Shown here: positions 1-9,229 of the stretch, one piece after another
Layout: every line of letters begins with the position of its first letter
Position numbering within the stretch: position 1 is the stretch's first letter
NCBI GenBank assembly: GCA_050287845.1
Contig: JBNKCR010000019.1
Coordinates: 1-52,250 of the forward strand
Length of the DNA stretch: 52,250 bases
From: Polyangia bacterium
GTDB lineage: Bacteria > Myxococcota_A > Polyangia > JAAYKL01
Direction: 5' to 3'
The notes under the pieces: model-generated
What the model saw: only the letters and a program-made list of their open reading frames with translations
The model's database searches: none
Told to the model about the DNA's origin: nothing
Made by a program: the position numbers and the translations under genes

Positions 1-180
1 TCACGACAGGAAGCCTGGCAGGCGGAACAACAAATAAAGAAGTGGACCAGAAGAAAAAAGGAAGCGCTCATTCGCGGCGATTTTGATGAACTGAAGAATC
101 TCGCCAGCAGAGCTAAACTGTCCCGCGCGGATTCGAGACACCCGCAAGCGCGTTCCTCACCACAGCGGGACTCTGACTGA
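1..180 (+). CDS. GIY-YIG nuclease family protein (YhbQ/UPF0213-like), C-terminal part; 5' end outside window
   Basis: Frame 1 from base 1 translates SRQEAWQAEQQIKKWTRRKKEALIRGDFDELKNLA..., the typical C-terminal 'A..E.QIK.W.R.KKE.LI' signature; stop TGA at 178-180. Confidence 0.8.
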   Translation, partial: SRQEAWQAEQQIKKWTRRKKEALIRGDFDELKNLASRAKLSRADSRHPQARSSPQRDSD

Positions 181-517
181 GCTGGGGTATTTTTCCTGTA
201 TCTTCACCACTTTTCCCTCAAATTGTCGCTTTACTGCACAAATACCGGGGTAATTCTTTTTGCACAGCTTTTAGAAACCGCTCAAACACAACGATTCAGA
301 ACACCTCGAATAGCTCGAATCAAATAATGTTTACCCGGAATTCCCAATCGCGTCGGGACTGACTGGCTGAGGCAAATCTGTGTTTATGACTCGTATCAGG
401 GGCAAGGAAAATGAACAAATGTTCAAACACCGGGATTAACGGGAATTCATCTCAAAGTTGATTCAGGTAATTTTGCCGAAAAGAGTACTGAAGCAGGTTT
501 TGAGATGAGATCGTGAG

Positions 518-552
518 AAAAAAAAATCCCCCGAAGGCTTGGCTTCGGGGGA
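518..552 (-). terminator. Rho-independent terminator of msrBA
   Basis: Inverted repeat tcccccgaag/cttcggggga, followed on the minus strand by a 9-T run; about 36 nt after the msrBA stop. Confidence 0.85.
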
Positions 553-588
553 GTCGGTTGTCGTTTTGGAGTTTTTGTTTTTTTGGGT

Positions 589-1542
589 TTATTGGAACCG
601 TTCCACCTTTGTGTGGCAGTACGGCGCCTGTTTATTCTTTTCGTAGTAATCCTGGTGATACGATTCCGCCTCCCAGAACGTGGTTGCCGGAATCAACCGG
701 GTTACTACACTGAAGCCTTTGTCTTCCAATTGCTTGATCAGTTGCTCTGCGACCTCCTTCTGTTTCTCGTTCCGGTAAAATATGACGCTTCTGTACTGTT
801 CACCCACATCCGGGCCCTGCCGGTTCAACTGGGTCGGGTCATGGATTTCAAAAAACAGCTTTGCCAGTTCCCTGAACGATGTCTTTGTCGTATCAAACAC
901 GACCTTCACTGCCTCCGCATGTCCGGTATCGTGATGACTCACTTCTTCATACGAAGGCGACTCTGTTTTACCGCCAATATAGCCGACGGATGTTTTGATT
1001 ACTCCTTTGGCCTTATCCAGGTGGTACTGCACCCCCCAGAAACATCCCCCTGCGAAAATGGCGACTTCCTGGTTTGATGAATCATTTACCTCCTTTGCCT
1101 TTGGCTTGAAATCGAGACTGACTGAATTGACGCAGTGTCTCGTATCCTTGTCTGTAAACCCTTCACCGAAAAACACATGACCGAGGTGGGCGCCACAATT
1201 GGCACAAACAATCTCTGTTCGGGAGCCGTCCTCGTCCGGCACCTCTCTGACAGCACCGGGAATGGCTTCGTCAAAACTGGGCCACCCCGTTCTGGAGTCG
1301 AATTTCGCCCCGGATTTAAAAAGTGGTTGTCCGCACCGTTTGCAGTTGTACGTTCCCTCCTCTTTAAAATGGACATATTTTCCACTGAACGGTGCTTCGG
1401 TCCCCTTTTTCTCAATGACGTATCGCTCCTGTTCTGACAACGACTGTTTTTTCATGGGTGAAGAGTTTTCTTTTGCAATCAGTACCACCGCAAATATCGA
1501 CGTAACAACAACTGGAATTCCAAATATTATCCATCGATTCAT
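589..1542 (-). CDS. msrAB: Bifunctional peptide-methionine sulfoxide reductase, MsrB-MsrA fusion with N-terminal membrane anchor/signal
   Basis: MsrB motifs GTEAPF, CKRC, GWPSF, CANCGAHLGHVF, RHCVNS; MsrA motifs GGCFWG, TGHAEAV, RQGPDVGEQYRS, AESYHQDY. Confidence 0.95.
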   Translation of the reverse strand: MNRWIIFGIPVVVTSIFAVVLIAKENSSPMKKQSLSEQERYVIEKKGTEAPFSGKYVHFKEEGTYNCKRCGQPLFKSGAKFDSRTGWPSFDEAIPGAVREVPDEDGSRTEIVCANCGAHLGHVFFGEGFTDKDTRHCVNSVSLDFKPKAKEVNDSSNQEVAIFAGGCFWGVQYHLDKAKGVIKTSVGYIGGKTESPSYEEVSHHDTGHAEAVKVVFDTTKTSFRELAKLFFEIHDPTQLNRQGPDVGEQYRSVIFYRNEKQKEVAEQLIKQLEDKGFSVVTRLIPATTFWEAESYHQDYYEKNKQAPYCHTKVERFQ

Positions 1543-1990
1543 GCGCGGCCTCCGGTTGCGGAATTAAGTTGGCATCTAAATACCAGTTTAACAACGCTTT
1601 ACCTCCCGGCAACTGCCTTCACATATTTTCAGTAATTTTTACCGGGTAATTTTCACGTTAAGTGTGTGGGAATCCATATTTGCAGTTTTGCTTCTGGCCA
1701 GCCCATATCATCCGTAGCTGTTTTCGGCTTTATCCTGCGCCTCCCGCGCCGGAGGCCCTGCCGCATTGTTTTACGGGACAGGTGAAAGTAATGTTTTCAC
1801 ACCCGGGGTTAACCGCATTTGGGCAAAAAACCCATATGAAATAAATAGACAAAGGGTAGGCGTTGGTACTATCAGTCCATATACCGCAACATTGAGGACG
1901 TTCGTGATCCGCGGTATCGGGGATTGCCTGAATGGGACTGCGTGAATAATTTGGATTGGATGAATTTCGCAAGGGGATGTAAATAGTCGT

Positions 1991-4423
1991 ATGAGGAAAG
2001 TATCGCCATCGCGCCGGACCGGCTGGAACTATAAAACGCTATTTTTCAGACTGAGCCTTGTGGTTGTGTTTCTGGGACTTGGCGCCGTTGCCGGACTTGC
2101 GAGCGTATTTTATTTCCTGTCTCTCGATTTGCCCGCCATCGGTCCGCTTCGGGATGGGTATGATCCGCCGCAGACCACCCGGATTCTGGCCGATGATGGC
2201 ACGCTCATTGGCGAATTGTTTATTGAACGCAGGGAAGTGGTGCCAGTGAACCGGATTCCCGCTGTCATGCGGAATGCGGTGATTGCGGCGGAAGATGCGG
2301 AATTTCGGCACCATCAGGGCATTGACTTTATGGGAATTGTACGAGCTGCCCTGCGGAATGTGACCAGTGGTGAGCTGTCGCAGGGAGCGTCCACCATTAC
2401 CCAGCAGGTGGCCAGAACCTTCTTTTTGACACGGGAGAAAAGTTTCTCGCGAAAAATGCGGGAAATTCTGCTTACCTATCGCATTGAAAAGGAGCTGACC
2501 AAAGATCAGATTCTTTTTCTGTATCTTAACCAGATTAATTTCGGTCACGCCCGATATGGCGTTGGGGAAGCCGCGCGATATTATTTTGATAAACAGGTTT
2601 CTGAACTTTCTCTGGCGGAAGCCACCCTGCTGGCGGGAATACCCAAGGGACCATCGATTTATGAGCCCATCAGACATCCGGAGAAGGCCATGGCCCGCAG
2701 AGCGTATGTGCTTGGGCAGATGCAGAAACACGGATATATCTCTGCTGCCGAAGCGAAGCTGGCGGCAGATTCGCCCCTGAAAATCCAGTCGACAGGCCGA
2801 AACCGGGGACAGATGGTGCCGGAGGTGATGTCCGCCGTGCTGGACGAGCTTCAGGGGGTGGTCAGCCTCGATGAGCTGAAGCGGGGAAGATATATTATTA
2901 AAACCAGCATTTTTCCAGGCCTGCAGAATGCCGCCCGGGCTGCCTTGAATCGCGGGTTGACCGAAGTGGATGCCCGACATTCGCGGATAGCGCCGTTCAG
3001 TTCGAAAAAATGGCCGGATGCCAGTCGGGGGAAAGGCCCCCTGCGGGAAGGCACGGTCTATGCCGCAGAAGTGACTGGCGCCGATGATGCCAGAGGAGAA
3101 CTGTATCTGGATTTGGGCGGGCACAAAGGGGTGGTGAAGCTGAAAGACGAAACCCGGTACAATCCCAAAGGGCTCTCTGCCGGGCAGTTCGCGGCGGTGG
3201 GCGCCCGGTTGCGGGTAACCCTTGGGAAGCCGCCTCAACCCGGAAACCCCCTGTTGCTCCAACTGGCGATGGGCCCGCAGGGGGCGGTGGTGGTGCTGGA
3301 ATCGAATACCGGAATGGTCTTGGCGATGGTGGGCGGCGACCGGGCCGTGGCCGGGGGATTCAACCGTGCCCGGTCCGCCAGACGACAGCCCGGTTCATCG
3401 TTTAAACCCTTTGTGTATCTGGAAGCGCTGCGTCAGCGAAAGTACACGCCGGCCTCACTGTTGGATGATTCTCCCGAGGTGGATGGGGAGTGGAAGCCGA
3501 AGAATTCCCATGGGGATGAACTGAAGGGTCGGGTGTCCATGCGGGAAGCGCTGGCCGAATCCATGAATCTGCCGGCTATCAAATTGATTCGCGATGTGGG
3601 CCCGGAGAAAGTGGCAACCCTGTGCCGGGAGCTGGGGATTTCTTCTCGAATTGCCGCGACGCCGTCGCTTGCCCTGGGAACATCAGAGGTTTCTCCCATG
3701 GAAATGGCGGTGGCGTATGGAACAATCGCTGCTGGCGGTATCCGGCGAGGCCCGTGGGTGGTCCGACAGCTGATTGGTCCGGATGGGATGGAGGTTCCGC
3801 TGTTGGGACGAATTGGTAAACCCGTGTTGGCCCGGGAAGAAGCGTATGCCATTACCTCGCTGATGAAATCGGTGATTGAACGGGGCACCGGCGCCAAAGC
3901 CCGGACATTGAAGCTTCCATTGGCCGGGAAAACGGGTACCACGGACAGCGCCCGGGATGCCTGGTTTGTTGGATTTTCACCGGAGATCACCACTGCGGTG
4001 TGGGTTGGATTTGATGAACCACACAGCCTTGGAAAAAAAGAGTACGGTTCCCGGGCCGCATTGCCGATATGGATGGATGTGATGCGGGAAGCGCATCAGA
4101 ATCGAATCGTGGCCGATTTTGACATTCCCCCGGGGATTGTTGAAGTGGAAATTGATCCGGAAAGCGGATTGCTGGCCTATGAGGGCATGGAAAACGCGAC
4201 GAAAGAAATTTTTATTGAAGGCACCGAACCAACAGAAGAAGCACTGCCCGAAGAAGTGGTGGGCCTGGATGCCTTTCTGGTGACGCAGGCCGAAGAAATG
4301 GCCGCAGATGAAGCCGACGCCGGGGATTCTGCCTCAAGTACGGGAGGCAGTGACAATATGACAGAAAGTGATACAGATACACAGGTCGAATCGGACGGCG
4401 GCGATACCGCATCCGGGAACTAA
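1991..4423 (+). CDS. mrcA: Class A penicillin-binding protein PBP1A
   Basis: N-terminal TM; transglycosylase motifs EDAEFRHHQG, GASTITQQ, RKMRE, YLNQINFG; transpeptidase motifs SSFK, SMN, KTGT; acidic C-terminal tail. Confidence 0.93.
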   Translation: MRKVSPSRRTGWNYKTLFFRLSLVVVFLGLGAVAGLASVFYFLSLDLPAIGPLRDGYDPPQTTRILADDGTLIGELFIERREVVPVNRIPAVMRNAVIAAEDAEFRHHQGIDFMGIVRAALRNVTSGELSQGASTITQQVARTFFLTREKSFSRKMREILLTYRIEKELTKDQILFLYLNQINFGHARYGVGEAARYYFDKQVSELSLAEATLLAGIPKGPSIYEPIRHPEKAMARRAYVLGQMQKHGYISAAEAKLAADSPLKIQSTGRNRGQMVPEVMSAVLDELQGVVSLDELKRGRYIIKTSIFPGLQNAARAALNRGLTEVDARHSRIAPFSSKKWPDASRGKGPLREGTVYAAEVTGADDARGELYLDLGGHKGVVKLKDETRYNPKGLSAGQFAAVGARLRVTLGKPPQPGNPLLLQLAMGPQGAVVVLESNTGMVLAMVGGDRAVAGGFNRARSARRQPGSSFKPFVYLEALRQRKYTPASLLDDSPEVDGEWKPKNSHGDELKGRVSMREALAESMNLPAIKLIRDVGPEKVATLCRELGISSRIAATPSLALGTSEVSPMEMAVAYGTIAAGGIRRGPWVVRQLIGPDGMEVPLLGRIGKPVLAREEAYAITSLMKSVIERGTGAKARTLKLPLAGKTGTTDSARDAWFVGFSPEITTAVWVGFDEPHSLGKKEYGSRAALPIWMDVMREAHQNRIVADFDIPPGIVEVEIDPESGLLAYEGMENATKEIFIEGTEPTEEALPEEVVGLDAFLVTQAEEMAADEADAGDSASSTGGSDNMTESDTDTQVESDGGDTASGN

Positions 4424-4473
4424 TTCTTGTATTTGACTGGACCGTTGGGTAAACTTTTGCACTGGATACCGTT

Positions 4474-5412
4474 ATGGAAAAAGCATTCACAAAATATTAT
4501 TGGGTAATTATATTACTGACATTGGCTATCGTTGCCTTTTTTGTTGCCTCCGGCACCAATGAACTGGCAGCGGGCACCATCGCCGACCTTTTACCGCAAA
4601 CCCAGAGCACACGGCCCATGCTGACTGCTCTGCCCAAGCCGGTTGCGCGCAACAGTGCCATAGTACCCAATGGGGATATTATTCTGGAACGAAATATATT
4701 TGATTCCACTGCAACCGAGGTTGAGCCGGTTCCTGATGACGAATTTCTGGACGAGCCCGTCGCGAATGGCGACATGCGTCTGGTGCAATGTACCATGGGC
4801 GGCGTGAAGTTGCTGGCCAATGTGGCCTCCAACCGGGACCCGGATTGGTCGTTTGCCAACGTTGAAGTGAACGGCGAGCGAAAACTGTACCGCATGGGCG
4901 ATGAAATCAGTGGCCGAACCGTGAGCGGTATCAGCTGGCGATATCTGATGCTCAAGGGCACTTCGGATGAATGCTATATCGACATGTTCGATCAGGATCC
5001 CAGGGCTGCCCCACGTCCTGCGGTGCCCACTCCGCCGATACCCAGACCGCCGGGGGTGGCAGAGGCAACCAAAGGAATTACCATCAACAGCGAATTTGAA
5101 CGCACGGTCGATCGATCAGTTGTTGATCAGGCATTGGCCAATCCCACCAAATTCGCCCAGGATGTGCGGGTACGCCCCTACAAGAAAAACGGCGAGACGG
5201 TCGGATTCCGATTGCGCCGGGTTCAACCGGGCAGCGCCATCGAACAGCTGGGGGCGAAGCGGGGCGATGTACTTCACTCCGTCAACGGTATTGAACTCAA
5301 AAGTGTGGACGATGCGCTTTCCGCCTATCAGAAACTGCGAAGTGACAGCAACCTGACTTTTTCAATTACGCGCCGTGGAAAACCGGTTGAACTGAAAATC
5401 AACATCGACTGA
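4474..5412 (+). CDS. gspC: Type II secretion GspC-like protein (TM, HR domain, C-terminal PDZ)
   Basis: N-terminal TM, 'ILERNIFDS', Pro-rich linker, PDZ 'VRVRPYKKNGETVGFRL...LGAKRGDVLHSVNG...ITRRGKP'. Confidence 0.82.
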   Translation: MEKAFTKYYWVIILLTLAIVAFFVASGTNELAAGTIADLLPQTQSTRPMLTALPKPVARNSAIVPNGDIILERNIFDSTATEVEPVPDDEFLDEPVANGDMRLVQCTMGGVKLLANVASNRDPDWSFANVEVNGERKLYRMGDEISGRTVSGISWRYLMLKGTSDECYIDMFDQDPRAAPRPAVPTPPIPRPPGVAEATKGITINSEFERTVDRSVVDQALANPTKFAQDVRVRPYKKNGETVGFRLRRVQPGSAIEQLGAKRGDVLHSVNGIELKSVDDALSAYQKLRSDSNLTFSITRRGKPVELKINID

Positions 5413-5927
5413 TGCCAGACAACAATAATCCGTATCAGACCCCCGGCAGTCCATTCCAGTCGGAGCCGCCGGCACAACGTTCGCGAGCCAATCTGGAACC
5501 CGCCAGTCGCGGCAGTCGTCTTCTGGCGGCCATGCTGGACGGTGTCGTCACCATGATAGTGGTGCTTCCGGTGATGTACTATATCGGCCTCTTTGAGCGG
5601 GGAGATGATTTTGGAGGACAGGTGACCGCTTTTCTGCTGGGGTTCATCTCGGTCATTATTATTCACGGATACCTGCTTCATACTCGCGGACAATCCATTG
5701 GCAAAGCGATTGTGGGGATTCAGATAGTGGGGCTGGATGGCTACCGCATTTCCCTTGCGCAAATTATTTTCAGACGATACATGCCCATTCAGTTGGCCAG
5801 CCTGATTCCCGGTTTTGGCTCCGTGCTGACGCTACTGGATGCTGTGTGGATTTTCAGGGAAGATCGTCGGTGCATTCACGACCATCTGGCTGGTACGGTG
5901 GTGGTTGCCTACATGCCCGACGCGTAG
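5412..5927 (+). CDS. RDD family membrane protein
   Basis: NPYQTP start, ASRGSRLLAAMLD, GQSIGKAIVGIQIV, RRCIHDHLAGTVVV; start overlaps the gspC stop. Confidence 0.9.
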   Translation: MPDNNNPYQTPGSPFQSEPPAQRSRANLEPASRGSRLLAAMLDGVVTMIVVLPVMYYIGLFERGDDFGGQVTAFLLGFISVIIIHGYLLHTRGQSIGKAIVGIQIVGLDGYRISLAQIIFRRYMPIQLASLIPGFGSVLTLLDAVWIFREDRRCIHDHLAGTVVVAYMPDA

Positions 5928-6028
5928 CATTTTTTTGACCTATCTGACATTCCAGGTTGGGGCACTATTTTTGTAGTTGGGGTGCACGTTTTTTTACATC
6001 TCTCTCCAGGGTCGTGAAACAGGTGCAA

Positions 6029-6550
6029 CTATTGCTGTTTATCAATGGGAGGGTGACCTTCGGGGAGTTTCCTGGGGCCGGCGGTGGTTTCCGGTGTGAC
6101 CGGCGGATGGTCTGGCGGCATCTGTGGTTCACTGTTGGCATCGGCTTTCGGGGCACCCCCTGCCACGTTGCCGAAAATGATGCTGTCAAAGGTCTGGTTG
6201 ATGGTGGGACTGGTAAAATTTTTCATCACAATCGATTCTTCAATGATGATATCTTCCCCGGGCTTGAAGTTGCCCTTCAGTACGGCCGCCCAGTGCTTCA
6301 GGTTTTCGCTGTCCCGAAAATGGATGTACGTGTATTTGGTGACATCTTTGGTTTCCAGAATAATTCCCCGGTGCACTTTACCGGTGCTCGGTGTATCTGC
6401 GGACGCCGCCATTTCGTTGAGCGGTGACATTTTTCCAGGTTGCGCCGGTGCGCTGGCGCGTCCGAGCTCAGCCACCTGAGTGTCTTTTTCCTTGCAGGCG
6501 GTGAACAGCATCATCACGAGGATTGGCAGCGTAATAAAATGGTTTTGCAT
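6029..6550 (-). CDS. Lipoprotein with NrfJ-like OB-fold and His-Pro-Pro motifs
   Basis: Likely start MQNHFITL with lipobox LFTAC; core G.ILET.D..KYTY...WAAV...MKNFTSPTINQTFDSIIFG; tail MPPDHPPV and LPEGHPPI. Confidence 0.65.
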   Translation of the reverse strand: MQNHFITLPILVMMLFTACKEKDTQVAELGRASAPAQPGKMSPLNEMAASADTPSTGKVHRGIILETKDVTKYTYIHFRDSENLKHWAAVLKGNFKPGEDIIIEESIVMKNFTSPTINQTFDSIIFGNVAGGAPKADANSEPQMPPDHPPVTPETTAGPRKLPEGHPPIDKQQ

Positions 6551-6677
6551 TTCAGTCAGTCCTTCATTTCCGGGATACGATTCACGAGACTTTTTGTTTT
6601 CGTCTTCACTGGACAATGGCATAGGCTCATGATGTCGTATGGTTTTAAACAACGGTAATATCGCCATCGTGCCCGGC

Positions 6678-6739
6678 TTCGTCAAGGTTTCCCGGCAGTG
6701 GATTCGGTTTCGTCAAAGTTTCTCGGCAGTGGATTCGGT
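6678..6739. repeat. Two tandem 31-bp imperfect repeats
   Basis: ttcgtcaaggtttcccggcagtggattcggt followed by ttcgtcaaagtttctcggcagtggattcggt (2 mismatches). Confidence 0.85.
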
Positions 6740-6755
6740 TGGAGCGTGGGGGCAC

Positions 6756-7244
6756 TCAGGAACGTTGGGCTGAGAAAAAAGTAAGTAAATCTCTGATGGT
6801 CCGCGACAATACAGCGATTGCCGTGACACCGATGAGCCCATCCATGGAGAGAATGAGAATTTCCACAATTTGATTGTAGCGACTCTCAATGGGAGAAATC
6901 AGGTGTCCGATATATCCGAGGGCCGTCAAGCATGCCGCCAGCAACGACATCAGCAGATGAGAGAATGCGCGATTCTTCAGCACGACGGGCGTCCGGGTGA
7001 CTCTGTTGCGCAAATCCTGGGGTATTTTTTTCCAGACTTTCAGACGTTTAAAAAAGAAATACCAACTGAATACCGCCACAACGGGCATCAGCAGCATGAT
7101 CACCAGAAACAGTACGTTTTCTACCTTGTACGGATTCTGAATGTTCAACAGTAAAAAGCCAGCCGCCAGAATGGTGTGACAGATAGACAAGCGGATGTCG
7201 GGAAGAATGGCCTGTTCGGGAGATGGTGGTTGAGACATCGACAT
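6756..7244 (-). CDS. Hypothetical membrane protein (about 4 TM)
   Basis: 162-aa ORF with four hydrophobic segments; no family recognised. Confidence 0.6.
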   Translation of the reverse strand: MSMSQPPSPEQAILPDIRLSICHTILAAGFLLLNIQNPYKVENVLFLVIMLLMPVVAVFSWYFFFKRLKVWKKIPQDLRNRVTRTPVVLKNRAFSHLLMSLLAACLTALGYIGHLISPIESRYNQIVEILILSMDGLIGVTAIAVLSRTIRDLLTFFSAQRS

Positions 7245-7312
7245 GTCGATATCCTAATGATTCTGTATCTGGTGTCAAACTATACCGTTGGTATGGGGAT
7301 TTTGCAGTTGCG

Positions 7313-7768
7313 TCAAAGTTTCCGGTAATCTTTGAAGCGGATCATCACGTGCACAATCGTCCCCAGAATGATAATCACGCCAACCAGAAGCACACCAACG
7401 CCCCGCATTCCAATATCTTCGTTGGATTTAAAGTGCAGAAACAACGGATAGCGGATGAGTGATACGGCCAGAACGATGGATGAAATTGACCACAGAAAAA
7501 ACATTTTCCTTAATCTTCCCGGGACGCTGGTCAGTTCTTCGTTCTCTGGATTGGACTCGTTTTCATCCCGTTTCATGAGGACCTTTTTCACCACGTAAAT
7601 CATCATTGCGATCATTGCCAATGACAGGGCCAACAGGCCGGAACGACCGATTTGCGGCCCACCGTGGTATTCCGGATAAATATTGATGCACAGAAACGCC
7701 GTGAATACCGCAATGGCACTGGCGACGAGGTAATTTTTTTCCAGTCTGGAATGCTGTTCTCGATTCAT
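7313..7768 (-). CDS. Hypothetical membrane protein (about 4 TM)
   Basis: Likely start MNREQHSRL; four hydrophobic segments split by a charged loop. Confidence 0.6.
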   Translation of the reverse strand: MNREQHSRLEKNYLVASAIAVFTAFLCINIYPEYHGGPQIGRSGLLALSLAMIAMMIYVVKKVLMKRDENESNPENEELTSVPGRLRKMFFLWSISSIVLAVSLIRYPLFLHFKSNEDIGMRGVGVLLVGVIIILGTIVHVMIRFKDYRKL

Positions 7769-8169
7769 AGCGTCGCTTGTAAACAAAAGGATTGAAGTTG
7801 TACAGTCTCTGTAAAGAAAAACGTTATCTCCGGTCCCGGGAATTCTTTTTTGTGTTGCGCAAGAACGCAACTGGACACACAATAGAAGTAAGAATCCTCT
7901 GGAGTGTACGTAACGCTGCATATGTGACCCAGCTGTACCAGGAAATAGGGATTCAGCTCTCGCTGCGGTGTGCAAGCCATTCGGTTGGAAGCCTTAAGCG
8001 GCGATATGGAACCCACTTGTAGCGTCAGCGGGTCACCGCATTTTTACGGCACTTTGGAGGATTTTTACTTTCTTTTTCTGTCGCCAACTTTTTTCGGCGC
8101 GAGTCTTTTGCATGTATCCCTTCTGTCCGCGTGAAATCGCCTTGATTTTCGATTCTGACGACCGATAAT

Positions 8170-8931
8170 GTGCGTATGGAAACGATTTATTCATGGCTGT
8201 TTCGGGTGCTTATTGTGGTGACCGTTGTCGTCCCCATCGCGCTGAGATTCATTAACGCACCGTATGGCAAGTTTATTCGGCGGGGATGGGGGCCGAAGAT
8301 TCCCGGTCGCGTTGCGTGGGTTGTCATGGAGTCGTTTGCGGTTTTCACCATTCTGACTGTATTTATTGTCAGTCGTCGCGTATCTGATCCTCTCTCGGTG
8401 GTGTTCCTGTTGATTTGGGAGAGCCACTATGTGTATCGCACGTTCATTTTTCCATTTCGCGGCAAAGGGTCGCGGCGCGCTATGCCAGTGCCGGTAATGA
8501 TGATGGCAATTCTGTTCAACATCTGGAATGGATTTCTCAACGGCGCATGGTTGTTCTTTCTGAGTCCCCGAAAAGATTGGGACTGGTTGAGTTCGTGGCC
8601 ATTTATGGTTGGCCTGCTGGTATTCCTGCTGGGAATGGTGCTCAATCAACACAGCGATCATGTTCTGCTGAAGCTGCGAAAGGTGGGCGATTCCGGCTAT
8701 TATATTCCATACGGCGGTGGGTATCGATGGGTTTCCGTTCCGGCATATCTTGGCGAAATCGTGGAGTGGCTCGGATTTGCACTGTTGACCTTCAGTCCGG
8801 CCGGATTGCTGTTTGCATGCTTTACTGCTGCCAATCTGATTCCCAGAGCTGTTTCAACCCACCAGTGGTATTTGCAGCGTTTTAAAAACTACCCCAGAGA
8901 ACGTCGGGCAGTCATTCCGTTTATTTTGTAA
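8170..8931 (+). CDS. Steroid 5-alpha-reductase (3-oxo-5-alpha-steroid 4-dehydrogenase) family protein
   Basis: APYGKF..GWG, WVVMES, HYVYRTFIFP, NQHSDHVLLKLRK, YYIPYGG.YRWVS.P.YLGEIVEWLGFA, ANLIPRA..THQWY..F.NYP.ER.A.IPFIL match the SRD5A/DET2 pattern. Confidence 0.92.
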   Translation: MRMETIYSWLFRVLIVVTVVVPIALRFINAPYGKFIRRGWGPKIPGRVAWVVMESFAVFTILTVFIVSRRVSDPLSVVFLLIWESHYVYRTFIFPFRGKGSRRAMPVPVMMMAILFNIWNGFLNGAWLFFLSPRKDWDWLSSWPFMVGLLVFLLGMVLNQHSDHVLLKLRKVGDSGYYIPYGGGYRWVSVPAYLGEIVEWLGFALLTFSPAGLLFACFTAANLIPRAVSTHQWYLQRFKNYPRERRAVIPFIL

Positions 8932-9072
8932 TGTCACGCGCGTTGAACTTGAACGAATACTCTCACAATTTTGGCAACATACCCGATAGTCTGCTTTGCA
9001 GAACACATCGCGGTGTGCGAAAACAATCTGGAGTGACTGGTGCGAGGTTGGGGGAGTGCTATATTTTTTTTA

Positions 9073-9164
9073 TCGCGTGGTCTCCTCCTTATTCTACGCG
9101 AAGTGCCCAATTCGGGAGTGCAGCCGTTATCGGCCCTGGTAGCGGCAGGCACTCCCTTTTTTTT
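9073..9164 (+). ncRNA. Candidate small RNA: hairpin with CU-rich anti-SD loop plus long terminator hairpin
   Basis: Stem tcgcgtgg/ctacgcga closes loop tctcctccttatt; then gggagtgc-gccgttatc...ggtagcggc-gcactccc followed by 8 T. Confidence 0.45.
9114..9164 (+). terminator. Rho-independent terminator (long stem plus T8)
   Basis: gggagtgc...gcactccc with inner stem gccgttatc/ggtagcggc, then tttttttt. Confidence 0.8.
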
Positions 9165-9229
9165 ATTTTCAGTCACATTTTTCGTATGGTCGACTCTGGG
9201 CCCATCGGGCGTGCGCAAAGGCGACGAAC

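Noticed and set aside
2039..3262. 407-aa minus-strand ORF
   Set aside because: Antisense to PBP1A; no recognisable domain.
6678..6739. Possible CRISPR mini-array
   Set aside because: Two adjacent copies with no spacer, and no cas genes in the window.
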